The notes beneath the pieces are model-generated. The model searched no databases. It was not told where the DNA came from and saw only the letters and a program-made list of their open reading frames with translations. From the human T2T-CHM13v2.0 reference genome, Homo sapiens, in the NCBI RefSeq assembly GCF_009914755.1, contig NC_060927.1: a DNA stretch of 64,000 nt; one strand, written 5' to 3'. Made by a program: the position numbers and the translations under genes. Of the stretch, positions 12,986 to 24,749 are shown one piece after another (positions within the stretch are counted from its first letter, which is position 1; each line of letters starts with the position of its first letter).

Positions 12986-14053
12986 GGAGCCAATCATAAT
13001 GCCGAAGGACACAATTCCAGATTCCATAATTCCAAAGGCTGAAATCCCAAAAGATCAAAATCTCTAAAGTCTAAAATTCTAAAAATCACAGTCTTGAAAG
13101 ATCAAAATACTGAAAATATTGTTCTAAAAATAATTTTGAAAAATTTAAAAGCTATTTATTTATATTTTAAAAAGGTAATTTATTTAAGAAACATAAAAAA
13201 AGACATAACACTTCATAAGCCACTTTACACAGTAAAATAAGGCAATAATAACACATATTTCTGTAAGCATAAACACTCAGGTATACTAACAACAGTTGCA
13301 CAGGCATAACAGTTATGAGCAGATGAATCATATTGATACAGAAATAGGTCAAAAGGGAAACATATAAATGCATATCACTATGGTGGGTCATTGTGGGCAC
13401 CCAGCTTTATAACTGTGGTCATCTGAAACACCGTGATGAACAACTTAAGTCTTTTGAGGATCGATCAAAAACCATGATGGTCACCACCACATATGCAGTC
13501 ACACAAAGAGCTGAGATCTCATGAAATTTTATATTTCACAAATGCAGATGTACAAAAAGGACATGTCTTCATTTATTGAGAAAGTTTCAACATTTTTACA
13601 TACATGCACAATACTTACACACAAATTTAATGTGATAATGCACTTTCATGGAGCTAAATTTGCAAAAATGCATAATACAAATTAGAACTCTCTAACAGTC
13701 TAACTTCTTTATATCTCCACTACTAGAAATGATGCAAAGATGAAATACATAGCATAGCCAATTATAATATAATTCTGACAATTAAAAATAGTAAAAAAAA
13801 AACTTAAGAAAAACAGACCAAAAATCAAAAAGAAAATTTCATATATGAAAGTGTATTACAGTGATAGGTTATAGGCAATTGCATGAAGATAGTGCATAGT
13901 AACTGGCCTAACATGATGTAATTATCCTGTGATTGTGATTTTTGAGATTTTAGACTTGAGGGATTTAGACTTTAGGGATTTTGATCTTTCAGGATTTCAA
14001 CATTCAGGATTATGGCATTTGGTATTGTGTCTTTTGAGATTATGATCCAAACC
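12986..14053. mobile_element. Ricksha (MULE/MuDR) non-autonomous DNA transposon
   Basis: ~110-bp imperfect terminal inverted repeats: left ATCATAATGCCGAAGGACACAATTCC...GATCAAAATCTCTAAAGTCTAAAA, right reverse complement GGTTTGGATCATAATCTCAAAAGACACAATACC...GATCAAAATCCCTAAAGTCTAAA. Matches recalled Ricksha termini. Confidence 0.75.
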
Positions 14054-14743
14054 AGTATAATGAATTATGTAAACATTTGGAAGATCTCTGTAACTCAGTG
14101 AACCAATGTTTTCCAAATGACCAATGCATCAGTGAAAAGTCTATTCAAAGTATGAGATAGACCAATGGATTGTAATCAAAAGTATAAGATAGACCAATGG
14201 ATTGTAATCTAACAGAGTAGAAAATATTTGTTTCAGATAGCACATTGCAATTAAACTTTAAGGGATTATCACTTGCTGAGTTTTGGTGTAATGTGAAGGG
14301 AGGCTATCCACAATTATCTGGAAAGACTATTAAAATACTACTCCCTTTTCAAACTATGTATCTGATGAGGTCAGATTTCTCCCTGTATTTCAACCAAAAC
14401 CTATTGCAATAGACTGAATGAAGAAACAGAGATAAGAATCCAGCTGCCCTCTATAAAGGTAGACATTAAATATTTGCAAAAATGTTTAAAAATGCCACTC
14501 TTCCTACTAAATGTTTTTGTTTTAGAAAAAATAATTATGCTTCATACAATGTTACCATGTTAACTTGTAATGAATTGATTATTCTTAGTTTTAAGTGAAT
14601 TAATACATATTTTCAAATTCTATTTTAACATCTAATATGGCTAATAATGATAGACACGACCCACAGCAACAAAAGCTCTCTAGTGTCCTCATTAGTTTTT
14701 AAGAGTGTAAATGGGTCCTAAGGCCATAGTTTGAGAATCACTG
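14054..14743 (+). mobile_element. hAT-Charlie1-type fossil (one end)
   Basis: Charlie1-like internal sequence ending GTTTGAGAATCACTG. Confidence 0.6.
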
Positions 14744-14845
14744 CCAAAGATTAAGAAGGAAATTGAGGTTTCAGATATGAAAGGCTCAACAAACTGGGAG
14801 GCCCCGAACAGAATGAGGAAAAGTGAAGAGAATAAGTGGCTTCCC

Positions 14846-15119
14846 TGCTAACCCATTAAAGTAAGTTATTATTAAGACACCAACAGTATAATGTGAATTA
14901 GTTTGAAGGTTCTTTTTTTTCCGTGATGTAAGGGTTTGTCACGAAAAGCTAAATGAGCTTGGGTAATGCATGGGAGTGTACCTAGAAAGGGAAAAGATAA
15001 GATTTAAAAGTGAGGATATTTATGCTTCATACTTTCACTCTCTTTCCTTACTATCATCCAGCTACAGGTCTGTTGGCACATGCTTCATCCCTGAAGTCTG
15101 GGTTCCCAAGGAAAGACTC
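14846..15119 (+). repeat. Copy 1 of a ~275-bp local direct duplication
   Basis: Collinear with 16882-17157. Identical blocks include TGTGAATTAGTTTGAAGGTT, GTGATGTAAGGGTTTGTC and GGGTTCCCAAGGAAAGA. Confidence 0.9.
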
Positions 15120-16881
15120 GGTTCTAAACAGGCTGAACGCTTGTAGTATCTGAAGGTGAAGTCCAGTATACAACTGAAAGTACCCAAATGGAACATGCTT
15201 ACATACGGACAGTAGTTGGAATTAAAAAGTTTGTTCCATTTGATAAGAGTCAAAAGTGAGCAGATCCTTGGGAGGGAGTTACTCATACTTAAGGAGTGGA
15301 AGAAAAAGCAGGAAAGAGAAAAGGAAAAAAAAGTCTTTGGGAGTAGAAAAAAACTAGACTAGCGGAGAGTATTGAAAGCTAATGCATTGTGTGTGTAGTT
15401 GGTTTCATCCAACACTATGGGCCAGGCATCAAGCTAGGCAGTTGACATGATGAAATTAATTAATTCTCCCATTTAATTCTCATAGTGACCTTTAGGAGGT
15501 AGTATGAATAATTTCATTTTGCAGATGAGGAAGATGAGGCTGGAACTCTTGACCACTAAAGTTGGTCCTAGATTTGGAGAGGATGCCTAATAATGTCAAA
15601 TGCTGTGGAGAAGGTGAAGGAAGGAGGCAGAAGAGAAAAGGTAATTGGGACAGATGAATAGGTATTCATAGGGACCTTCCAGAGAATTGGGCAGCTAAGC
15701 ATTTGCAAAGAGCTAGGGAAGAAGAGGGCAAATTATCTTTGAAAAAAAAGTGAGGGTGGTAGGAAGCAAATCCTGAGAAGGTAACAGTTTTATAGGAATA
15801 CTACTGTTCTCTTAAAATAATTTTTTTAAAAAGTGGGAGAGGGACACTTCTGATTTGCATGCATTTTACATAAATCTGCATAGCAATTTCCTAACCCTAA
15901 GGGATCAGATGTGGTTGCAAGAAGCAGAGAATTTCAAGGATGTCTTAAAAGTGTTTTAGTGTTCCCAATTCACTCCACCCTTCCATGGAAGTAGCTCTTA
16001 TTGCTGTCATTTTCACAGTATAAGAGCAGAGCAGTCAACTTCAGAAATCTGACTGAAAATCATGTTCATAAACGTTTATAGACTGAGTGCTTTTCTCATT
16101 GTGTCTAGAGGGCTGGAAATGTGCCCTTGGTCTTGTATTTGGGTCTATGCTGCCACACTGCAGTACTGAGGTTAGGGCACATGCTCTGATGTGAAGAAAC
16201 AGTTCAAATAATTTAATTACTTATTCAGATGGTATTTTTTCCTTGAAGATATTCAAGTCTCAAATGCTTGTAGATTGAATATTTTAATAGGGAAAGGAGG
16301 TGAGCAAATTGTTAATATTAATAATTTATGTCTTTCAAATGATCTTTTGAAGTATGCATATAATTTGTGAACATTAACTTACAAACCACCCTTTCTGGAA
16401 TGAATTGTGTGATAATTACAATAATTGTAACAATGATTGTAATAATAACAATCTCCTCTCTAGATAGAGCACTACAAATGAAAGAGCAAAATCAGATAAA
16501 ATGAGGGGGATCAGCCCTGACCAGCAAAAAAGGCAAGTGGGATTATCTCTTGGGTTCTCATTAAGTAACATGTCATCTAAGTGCTTAGCTTGGTATCTTC
16601 TACTTTCTAAGATCTCAATAACTGCTAAGTGGGTCTGAAATGGTTCCCATAAATCAGTGTGTGTGACAGAGGCATATAGCATGTTAGACGGTGTAGATAA
16701 TCAACCCTGTGTAGTGACTTAATGAGGCTGGCAACGTCTCTCCACCTAAAATCTCCTGCCAACTAATATGCCACTGTACCTGAAATTCCACTGTGGTTGA
16801 TTCTGATTTTGGTCTTTTAGTTAAGTCCTAATTTCTAATCAGTATTCATATTTTCAAATTCAAGCATCCCTTCCACATTCT

Positions 16882-17157
16882 TGTTAACCCACCAAGGTAA
16901 TTTGTTATTAATACACTAAGAGTATAGTGTGAATTAGTTTGAAGGTTTTCCTTTCTGTGATGTAAGGGTTTGTCCTGAAAAGCTAAATGGACTTGTATAA
17001 AGCATGGGGAGGTTTTCTTAAAAAAGAAAAGAGATAAGCTTTAAAAGTGAGGCTGTTTATGCTTCATAATTTCACCCCCTTTCTTTACTATCACCCAACT
17101 GCAGGTCAGTCAGCAAAGACTTCATCCCTAAAGTCCGGGTTCCCAAGGAAAGAACTC
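16882..17157 (+). repeat. Copy 2 of the ~275-bp local direct duplication
   Basis: See copy 1. Offset is ~2036 bp. Confidence 0.9.
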
Positions 17158-17330
17158 AATTACAATTTGCCCTTGAGGATGTCAAGATCGATACTGCAAC
17201 CTGGATGTTCGTCTCTGACTATCCCTACTAAACCACCACTCTCTTTTCCTCTCCATGTATGACCCATTTTATTTACCTCCCTTGAACTTTCTCCCATGTT
17301 AACATTTTATAAAGATGGGGAAAGATTTAC

Positions 17331-17483
17331 CCAGGGAAACTCTTGCAGGAACAGCTCTTCGGTCAATCCAAAATGAAACCCATGAAAGCATCACCATCAA
17401 TATGGCTGGGAAATAGGTTTGCAGCACAAAGAAGAAAACATGCCTCCTTAGCACAAAGTTGATGAAAAGCCTATTGTACCAAC
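17331..17483 (-). CDS. GABRR3: GABRR3 coding exon 7 (loop C end, TM1, start of TM2)
   Basis: TTTTTTCCACAG| ... G|GTAAAT, 153 nt. Encodes (G)WYNRLFINFVLRRHVFFFVLQTYFPAILMVMLSWVSFWIDRRAVPARVSL, including the anion-selective PAR motif. Confidence 0.97.
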
Positions 17484-19294
17484 CTGTGGAAAAAAGCCAA
17501 AGTTTTCATTAGAGCAAGCTTCCCCTTAGAAACACTGCACTTAGTGAAATGACCTGCTTCTTTAGACTCCAAGCTCTTGGGGACACGGAATTTGACAAAC
17601 TCATCTCCATTTAGTTGGGCCTGGCACTCCATCAACATTTGTTCAACCAGCTGAACTGCAGTCTGCTTAATTATTTGACTCAAAGATCCCCTTTAACTTC
17701 CAAACCCGCAGTTCAGGGATGAATAGTGGTTATCTTTTGTGGGATGGCCTCTAAAGATCTGTCTCCACAATATATTGTATTGTGGCGTTTCTGCAAGAGG
17801 GAAAGTCTTCAATACATGACTAATAATGGCATAAAAGAACCAATAAACCATTTATTAGCTATAACAAATGAAAAAAACATTTAACTGAATGAAAAGATTC
17901 AGAGTATGTACTAGGTCATTGGATTTTGACCTGAGATGGAGACAGCTGGGGATTCAAAGGAGAAAGAAAACAGCATCCATAAGCTAGTTTTACAATTTTA
18001 AAGTCTCACAAGTACCATAATTTGTGCATGATGAATCTGCAAAAAAGTAACCAACTGATGTTTCTTTGCTTCCTATTGAAATTATATAAACTCACGTTGG
18101 TAATATTAACTGCGCTAATTAAAAGCACCATTTGTGGTGACATCCACACACACATTTTGTTCAGGTTTACTTCTCCCATTGACTACAAGGAAGTTTAAAG
18201 CCAAATTTTCAGACATCTACAGGACTTCTCTGAGCACCATTCTTTAATGACCACATACACATACCAGGATATATATAATACCTTATCCTTGTTTTTCTTT
18301 TTTTTCTCATACATTTCTAATTTATATTACCTTGCTTTATTTCACAATAACTATGTGCTAATCTTGTTAAATCTTTACTAAAATAAGGCAATACATGAGG
18401 AAACATGGAAATACATCTTTTCTGAATAAGTAGCAAGATTTTTTTTCTATGATAAATGCTGTTTATTTTCAAATAACATTATTCAAAACACAGGGACTAT
18501 AGGTCAAAAGTTATAAAATAAAAATCATAGGTATTGCAGAGTTGGAAAACCCTTCTGCTAGTCTCAGCAGTAATTTCTTAGAAACCCAAGACGGCAAACC
18601 TATTAGATGGATCACTTAAGTACTTAGGCATTTGGCCTAAGAAATACACCTGGCCAACCCACACTGAACTGGCAGACTCTACTCTTAGAATCCTATTCTC
18701 AATGAAATACTCATTATCTTTTTCTTCCTTACCTAGTTCTAAGCTTCTAACAGTCAGTTTATATATGTTCAGGAATACCAAACAATTTTATTACCAGGAG
18801 TAATAAAATATACATCACATAGTACATTATAAAGTTAAAATATAAATTATTTTTAAGCTTCTCATTGTCTTGTATCACCTACATCACAGCCCCAATTTAT
18901 TACTGTGTACCACTGAGAGTTTCAGTGATGGCTGTAGAGTACAATAACAGCTTTCTGACCTTACAACTTTATATAACTACTGTGAGGTTAAAAGAAATAA
19001 GGAAAACCTGTGAAAGAAATTCAAAAGAAAGACAGTATTAAGGTATATAGTTTTCTGTTCATTATTAACTTGAAATAAAATTAGTTAACTGCATCCTTTC
19101 TTTATTCATAATTTTCTGAAGAACAGTTGTCCTTTTTTTTTTTTTTTTGGTGGGGTGGGGGCAGGGTGGAGTAACCAGGAAGTCAAACTGTGGCTCTGTC
19201 TTGCGGTTTTAGACCAGGGGTGGTATTTTAGTTGAACCTGCAGGTCATGGGGAGTCCATTTCCCTATCAGGAAAGGTGGTGCTGCCTTGGAACG

Positions 19295-19710
19295 TTGTGA
19301 AGCCTTCATTTTGGGTAGTACAATAAAAAGTCTGATTCTATTTTTGATGTTTGACTGCTAAAAGCTCTCAAGCCCAACTTCTCCTTCTGCCCTACATCTG
19401 AGCAAGTTAATAAAAAGCCTAGGTCTCTTTTTGGCACCTGTGAAAAGTTCAAACCATGCATCTTGTCCTACGACAGGCAGCCTTCACCCTAGCTGCACCC
19501 CCTAGCTACCATAAAAACCCAAGCCAGTAGCCCCTTCCTGTTTTCTCAAGCCATTTTTCATTTCAGACCTGCTTGGGAGCCTGCCCATCTCTCTCTAGAA
19601 AGCCTCATTATGTAAGTAATAAATCACTTCATACCCTTTTGTCATGTGTATGGCATCATCAGTTTTGGCATCTGAACTAAATTTTGGATGGGGACGGGTA
19701 CATCTGCCTC
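19295..19710 (+). mobile_element. ERVL-class solo LTR (MER54/MER73/MER74-like)
   Basis: LTR layout with CCATAAAAACCC (TATA-like) and AGTAATAAA poly(A) signal. Family assigned from recalled similarity. Confidence 0.5.
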
Positions 19711-20925
19711 CATTAGTTTGCCATACAGTAGAAAGAAGAGGAGTTAATAACAGAGAGAAAAAGGCTAGAGAGTTGGCACCCAGGGAAATGGAGGACTGGG
19801 CCAGTATTTGGGGAGTCAGTCCCAAGACAAGAATAAAGAAGGTTTTTATACCTAGAGACAGTCACCTTCAATGGCCCTTTGAAAGTAGGCCTTAATACTC
19901 TCTATGAAAAGGATCAAAATAATGTGGATGAAAATAGGGTGATGATGACGGCTACTAACTAATATTTATTGAGCCTCTATTATATGGCAGATAACATTCT
20001 AAGGTACTTAACTATATGACATCATGTATCCTCACAACCCTATGATATAGAGAGTATTATGAAACCCATTTAAAGATGAGAAAGTTAAGGGTTAGAGAGA
20101 TTAAGCAACTTGTCCAAGGTCAGGTTGCTAATAAATGATAGAGACAGGGTTTAAACTTAGGCAGTCTGTTTCTACTACTTACACATTCAGCCATTAGATT
20201 ATGCTATGATAAAGAATAATTATTCAATGCATCCCTTAGGGGCAGGAGTCATTTCTTTTTTCTTTGTAAATTTATAGTGCATGATTTTGAGAATTTTGAG
20301 AAAGGGATCAGGAGGCAGAAGCCCTCATCTGCTTGTTAATATTGCCAGGTCGTGGTGATTTTTGAACAGTGGCAACGGTAGTGGTGAAGGCCAAGAAAAA
20401 AAAAAAAACACCCTGTTGTTCAGCTATAAAATGGAAACTAAGGTCCTATAACTATATTTCTGACTCTTATAGCCACAGTCAGATGTATAGTTTTTCTATA
20501 CACCTGGGAGTGGTGGTTGTGGCTGGTAGTTGTAAGGATAGGAGTGAAGAAAACAAATCAAAAATTATTTTTGAGGAAGCTAAAATATTTAAACAGGAAA
20601 CTAGTCTGAAAAAGACACTTGAGTTTGTCAGAAGATTATGTTTAATGATTCGTGGATAATGTGAGGCAGAGCTATCACATGCTCATGAACTAAAATAAGT
20701 TTCTAAATGTAATCTTTCCGAAACCTAACTAAGGGATGGTTAAATGAACCCAGATATGATTATTGATTTGATATTTGAATACAACTTCCAAAATGCCTCC
20801 CTTCGGCATTTTTCCTACCAATCTCTGTCATTAAAAAAAATGGGTATATTGTAACAAATTAAAAAATACAAGTGTTTTTTGTACCTACTTCTCAGAGGTA
20901 TCTATTGTTAATCTTTCTAGGCTTT

Positions 20926-20927
<2 letters not shown>

Positions 20928-20957
<30 letters not shown>
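20928..20957. repeat. (AC)15 microsatellite
   Basis: Perfect dinucleotide run. Confidence 0.95.
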
Positions 20958-20959
<2 letters not shown>

Positions 20960-22680
20960 TATGCACAGATATGTATATAAGCACTCATGCACTCATAAAT
21001 ATGTATACATACATTCTTCAATAACAAATATGGGATTTTTAAAATATATTCTTCCATAACTTGCTTTTAAAGAATATTAATGTATTATGGATAAGTCTCC
21101 TTCTCATGTTACACAAAGCATGTACATTTGAACCTAATTCTAATTTTTTTTCATTTTTCTTAGGTACCAAAATGATATTTCTTAAAAATGTAACTACCTT
21201 TGAACGTTAAAGATTTGTAAGTTCATTTTAAAATGCAAGCATCTTTGTAAGCAGTAAGTTTTTCCATGCCAGTATTTTCCTGGCTTTAGAGAGATTCTAA
21301 AACATGACCAGAAAAAGATATAAATCAGCTAGTGTTGTAGCTGCCTGGTAGGGCTCAAAAAGTCTGACAAGCACAAATAAAATTATGGTAGAGCAAATGG
21401 AATGATTTAGTGGTAAAGTTAGAATTTTGAAGTGAAATTTAACTTCCTGTTAGGAGGACGGTTGGATATATGTTAATGGATAGTTGTGCTTCAAAAGCTA
21501 AAGAAATGCCATAATTACTGTATATTTTGCATATGTTCTGTGCATGAGACAATTCTTTTTGATTTCTATGCTTCATATATATTACATTATATTAGCATTA
21601 AATGTTGCAAATATCTATTTACAATTTATCATATGCCAAAGTTATTTTTCATTTTAGCAATAGTAAAATGAAAACACATCCTATAAATTATACTTCACAT
21701 ATACCATGCTTCATTGCATACATTCTTTTATTTAAATATTAATTTAATTTAGGATTAAGTAAGAACATTAAAAATCCTGATAAATATATGCCTATATTTA
21801 TTCATATAGAGAAAGACAAACCGAGAAAAGGAGGAGAAGAAGGAGGAGCAGAAAAATATATCAAAATAATAATATAGTTTATCTCTATGAGGTAGGATTA
21901 CAAAGAGATTTTCCTTTAAATTTTTCTGAGGTCTCTTCAAATTATCTAACATTTATTCATTCATTCAATAATTAGCCTTTGAGCATCTACTATGAGCCAG
22001 GGATATATCAGTGATCAAAACAAATAAATATGTGCTACTTACATAATCAGAAAAGGCAATAAACATGATTAAAATTGAGAGCATCATTTGCTGAATCCCA
22101 AGCAATGTAGACAAATAATGGAGTGAAATAGAGAATTTCTTCTGGGTCTAAATAGATAAATAGCTGTTGTTCCTAGAGAATCATTTAACTTCTCTGCAAT
22201 GTCAACTTCTACTTCTCTCTTAAAGCTGCAGGTTTTAGATACAAACTTGATAACTACTCTCCAAGATCTGAGAACAGAGTGGAGAATCTTTGAGGAGAAG
22301 AGACACCACTATCAAGGCAGAGTAGGTAAAGCATTCTAGCCAGGACAGCTCTGAAACTCAGGGACAGCTGTTGGCACACTTTCTGGCTGGCCTAAGCATG
22401 GCTGCATTGAATCTGAAGTGGCATTTTATATGGATTCGGCCTAAAATAACCCAGAATATTAATATCCAGAAGGGGAATGATAGTGGAGGGTGAGGAGGGC
22501 AGAGGGGAACCGAAGGAGGCTGCTTCCAACTTTAGTCAATGGGGATCACATATAACTTTAAAAGGTGTCTTGGATAAAAGTTGTCAATTCAGAAATATAT
22601 CTGTCATAGTAAAGAGTACTATATAGGCCCAATTTTGGATAGGTTTTCTGTTTGGGGCAATGATGCACTTTATGGATGGA

Positions 22681-23400
22681 TTCATTCAGCTGATTTTTAT
22701 TGAGCATCTGTCACGTGCCAAGAACATTCCAGGTGCTGCAGAAGAAATGGTGAGCAAGGCAGACAGATTCCCCACCCTTTTCCTGGTGAGGCACTCACAC
22801 AACAAAGCAGTCAAATAAACGCATAGTTCAGGTGATGGTAAGTGCTGTGATGACCGAGATAGGGAACGGTGAGAAAGGAAGCCTGTTTTACACGGGGTTG
22901 GTTTGGTTAGGAAAGCACTGTTTGAGAAGCTATTTGAACAAAGCTCTGACTGAAATGAGGGAGAAGGGCATGAGAATATTGGGGGAAAGCACCCCAGGCA
23001 GAGGGAGGACAAGGCCAAGCAGAGGCCCTGTAGATGGAATGAGGCAGGCAAGCAAAAACGCCAGTGTCGGGAGAGTAGCAGGTGGTGAGGGGCAGAGGAA
23101 GTGGGTGAGTCCCACATTAGGCAGGAGACTGATCACGTTGAGAAACTTCAATTTGTTGTAAATGTGATGGAAAGACACTGGAAAGTTTAGAACAGGAAAG
23201 AATTGTGAACTTTATGTTCCAAAGAGATTACTCTGTCTGCTGTATTGAGACTGGAGAAGTCAAGAATGGAAGCAAGGCATCTAGTTAGAGGTGGCTGCAT
23301 GAGTGGGAAAGAAACGATGTATGGAAGGGTGGAGCTTGCTCCCTGTAAAAGGAGAGGAATGATGGTGCTGGCCAAAGGGGACACTCGCTTGGATTCCGGT
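22681..23400 (-). mobile_element. L2 LINE 3' portion next to the exon 6 donor
   Basis: TTCATTCAGCTGATTTTTATTGAGCATCTG...GTGCC is a reverse-complement L2 3' end, followed by purine-rich L2 body. Confidence 0.7.
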
Positions 23401-23478
23401 CTTTTCGCATGTTGTGGTGCTTTGCAAACAGTAGATGTCCAATAAATGCTGATGAATCACCCATGTAAAATGCTGTAC

Positions 23479-23619
23479 CTGTGCTGCTATAGAAAGCTAA
23501 TCCACTAGATGCACTGAAGTCTTCAATGAAGAACTGAGAAAGGGACATATGTTCTTCAGTATTTAAGGACTTGTTTCCGTGTTTCCAGTATAGCATTAGG
23601 TCATCCTCATTGTAGGCAT
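23479..23619 (-). CDS. GABRR3: GABRR3 coding exon 6 (loop B end, loop F, start of loop C)
   Basis: TTTTAG|AT GCC TAC ... ACA G|GTACAG, 141 nt. Encodes (Y205)AYNEDDLMLYWKHGNKSLNTEEHMSLSQFFIEDFSASSGLAFYSST. Confidence 0.96.
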
Positions 23620-24666
23620 CTAAAACATGAAAATATCAGTCTTGTAAGTGTAATAAGCTCTTGTAAGCTCAATGAGTTCTATAACCATGTCTTATGTGGC
23701 TCTGTATCCTTAGTGCCTACTCCAATGACATGTACATATTAGGTGATAAAAATATGTTTGCCAATGGACTGATCATACACACACTTTTAGGAGGAGGAAA
23801 AAGAATCTCTAAAAGTTAGACCCTGATGACTAGTATAGTATGGATCTTGTGCCCACACAATGAATTGAAACTCCCCAGATAGCTGCTCCCATATTTGTGT
23901 ACATTCTCTTAGAGTGTTAAGCCAGGCCTCAGAGTGACACCATAGCATCCCCTCACTGTCACAGGCCTGACTCCAGGCTGTTAGTCCCCATTTGTTTTTA
24001 GTTTCCTTGGATGAAATTCCAAAATGGGCCAATCTTACAAGAAATTTTCTAAAGTCAAATAGTGGTATGGAAAATTTCTAATGGAGTTAGGGCGGAGCAT
24101 CTGTGGAGTAGACATCTGGTGAGATTCCCAGCATTTTAGACACATTTGCAAAAACTGCAGTCAGCTTTTAAGATCTTCTATCAAAAATAGCTGATTGGTA
24201 AAAGTGATTGACAGCTCAGATGCCCTGTGATGGGGCTTTGATTAGGGGGTCTATGTCTAGAGTCAGATTTTTCTAGGGAATCCAAGTCTACTTAATGGAG
24301 GATTGTGATTCATCTGGGAACGTGAATTCCAGAGCTTTCCAAATGTAGAAAGTCTGTGTCAGTCTATGTAACAACAGTAGCAAGAATAGACTTTTTAGGG
24401 AGCTGTTCCTTTATTGTGGAAACTATAGAATATGCAATTATCAAAACACTTTTCCCCGAACCTTCTCCTTTAACAGACAAACTGCCATCAACCTTCATAA
24501 AAAACAGAAACCAAAAAAAAAAAAAAAAAGAAGCCACAATTGTTTCAGTTTTGGATAAATATATCAGTATTTTAAAATGTTTGTTAAGAGCATCCTTATT
24601 TACATGTAAGTATGTGATGATGTGTTCAAATGATGTGCACTCACTCCACCAGGAAGTGAGACTTAC

Positions 24667-24749
24667 AGCTTTCCAGTTCAAGAGAACAATTTTGAGTGTC
24701 AAGAGGAAACCTGCTGAAATCCATAAAGCACATGGCCGAAACCGTTATC
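24667..24749 (-). CDS. GABRR3: GABRR3 coding exon 5 (Cys-loop)
   Basis: TTTATAG| ... T|GTAAGT, 83 nt. Encodes ITVSAMCFMDFSRFPLDTQNCSLELES with the C-x13-C Cys-loop (C184-C198). Confidence 0.97.
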
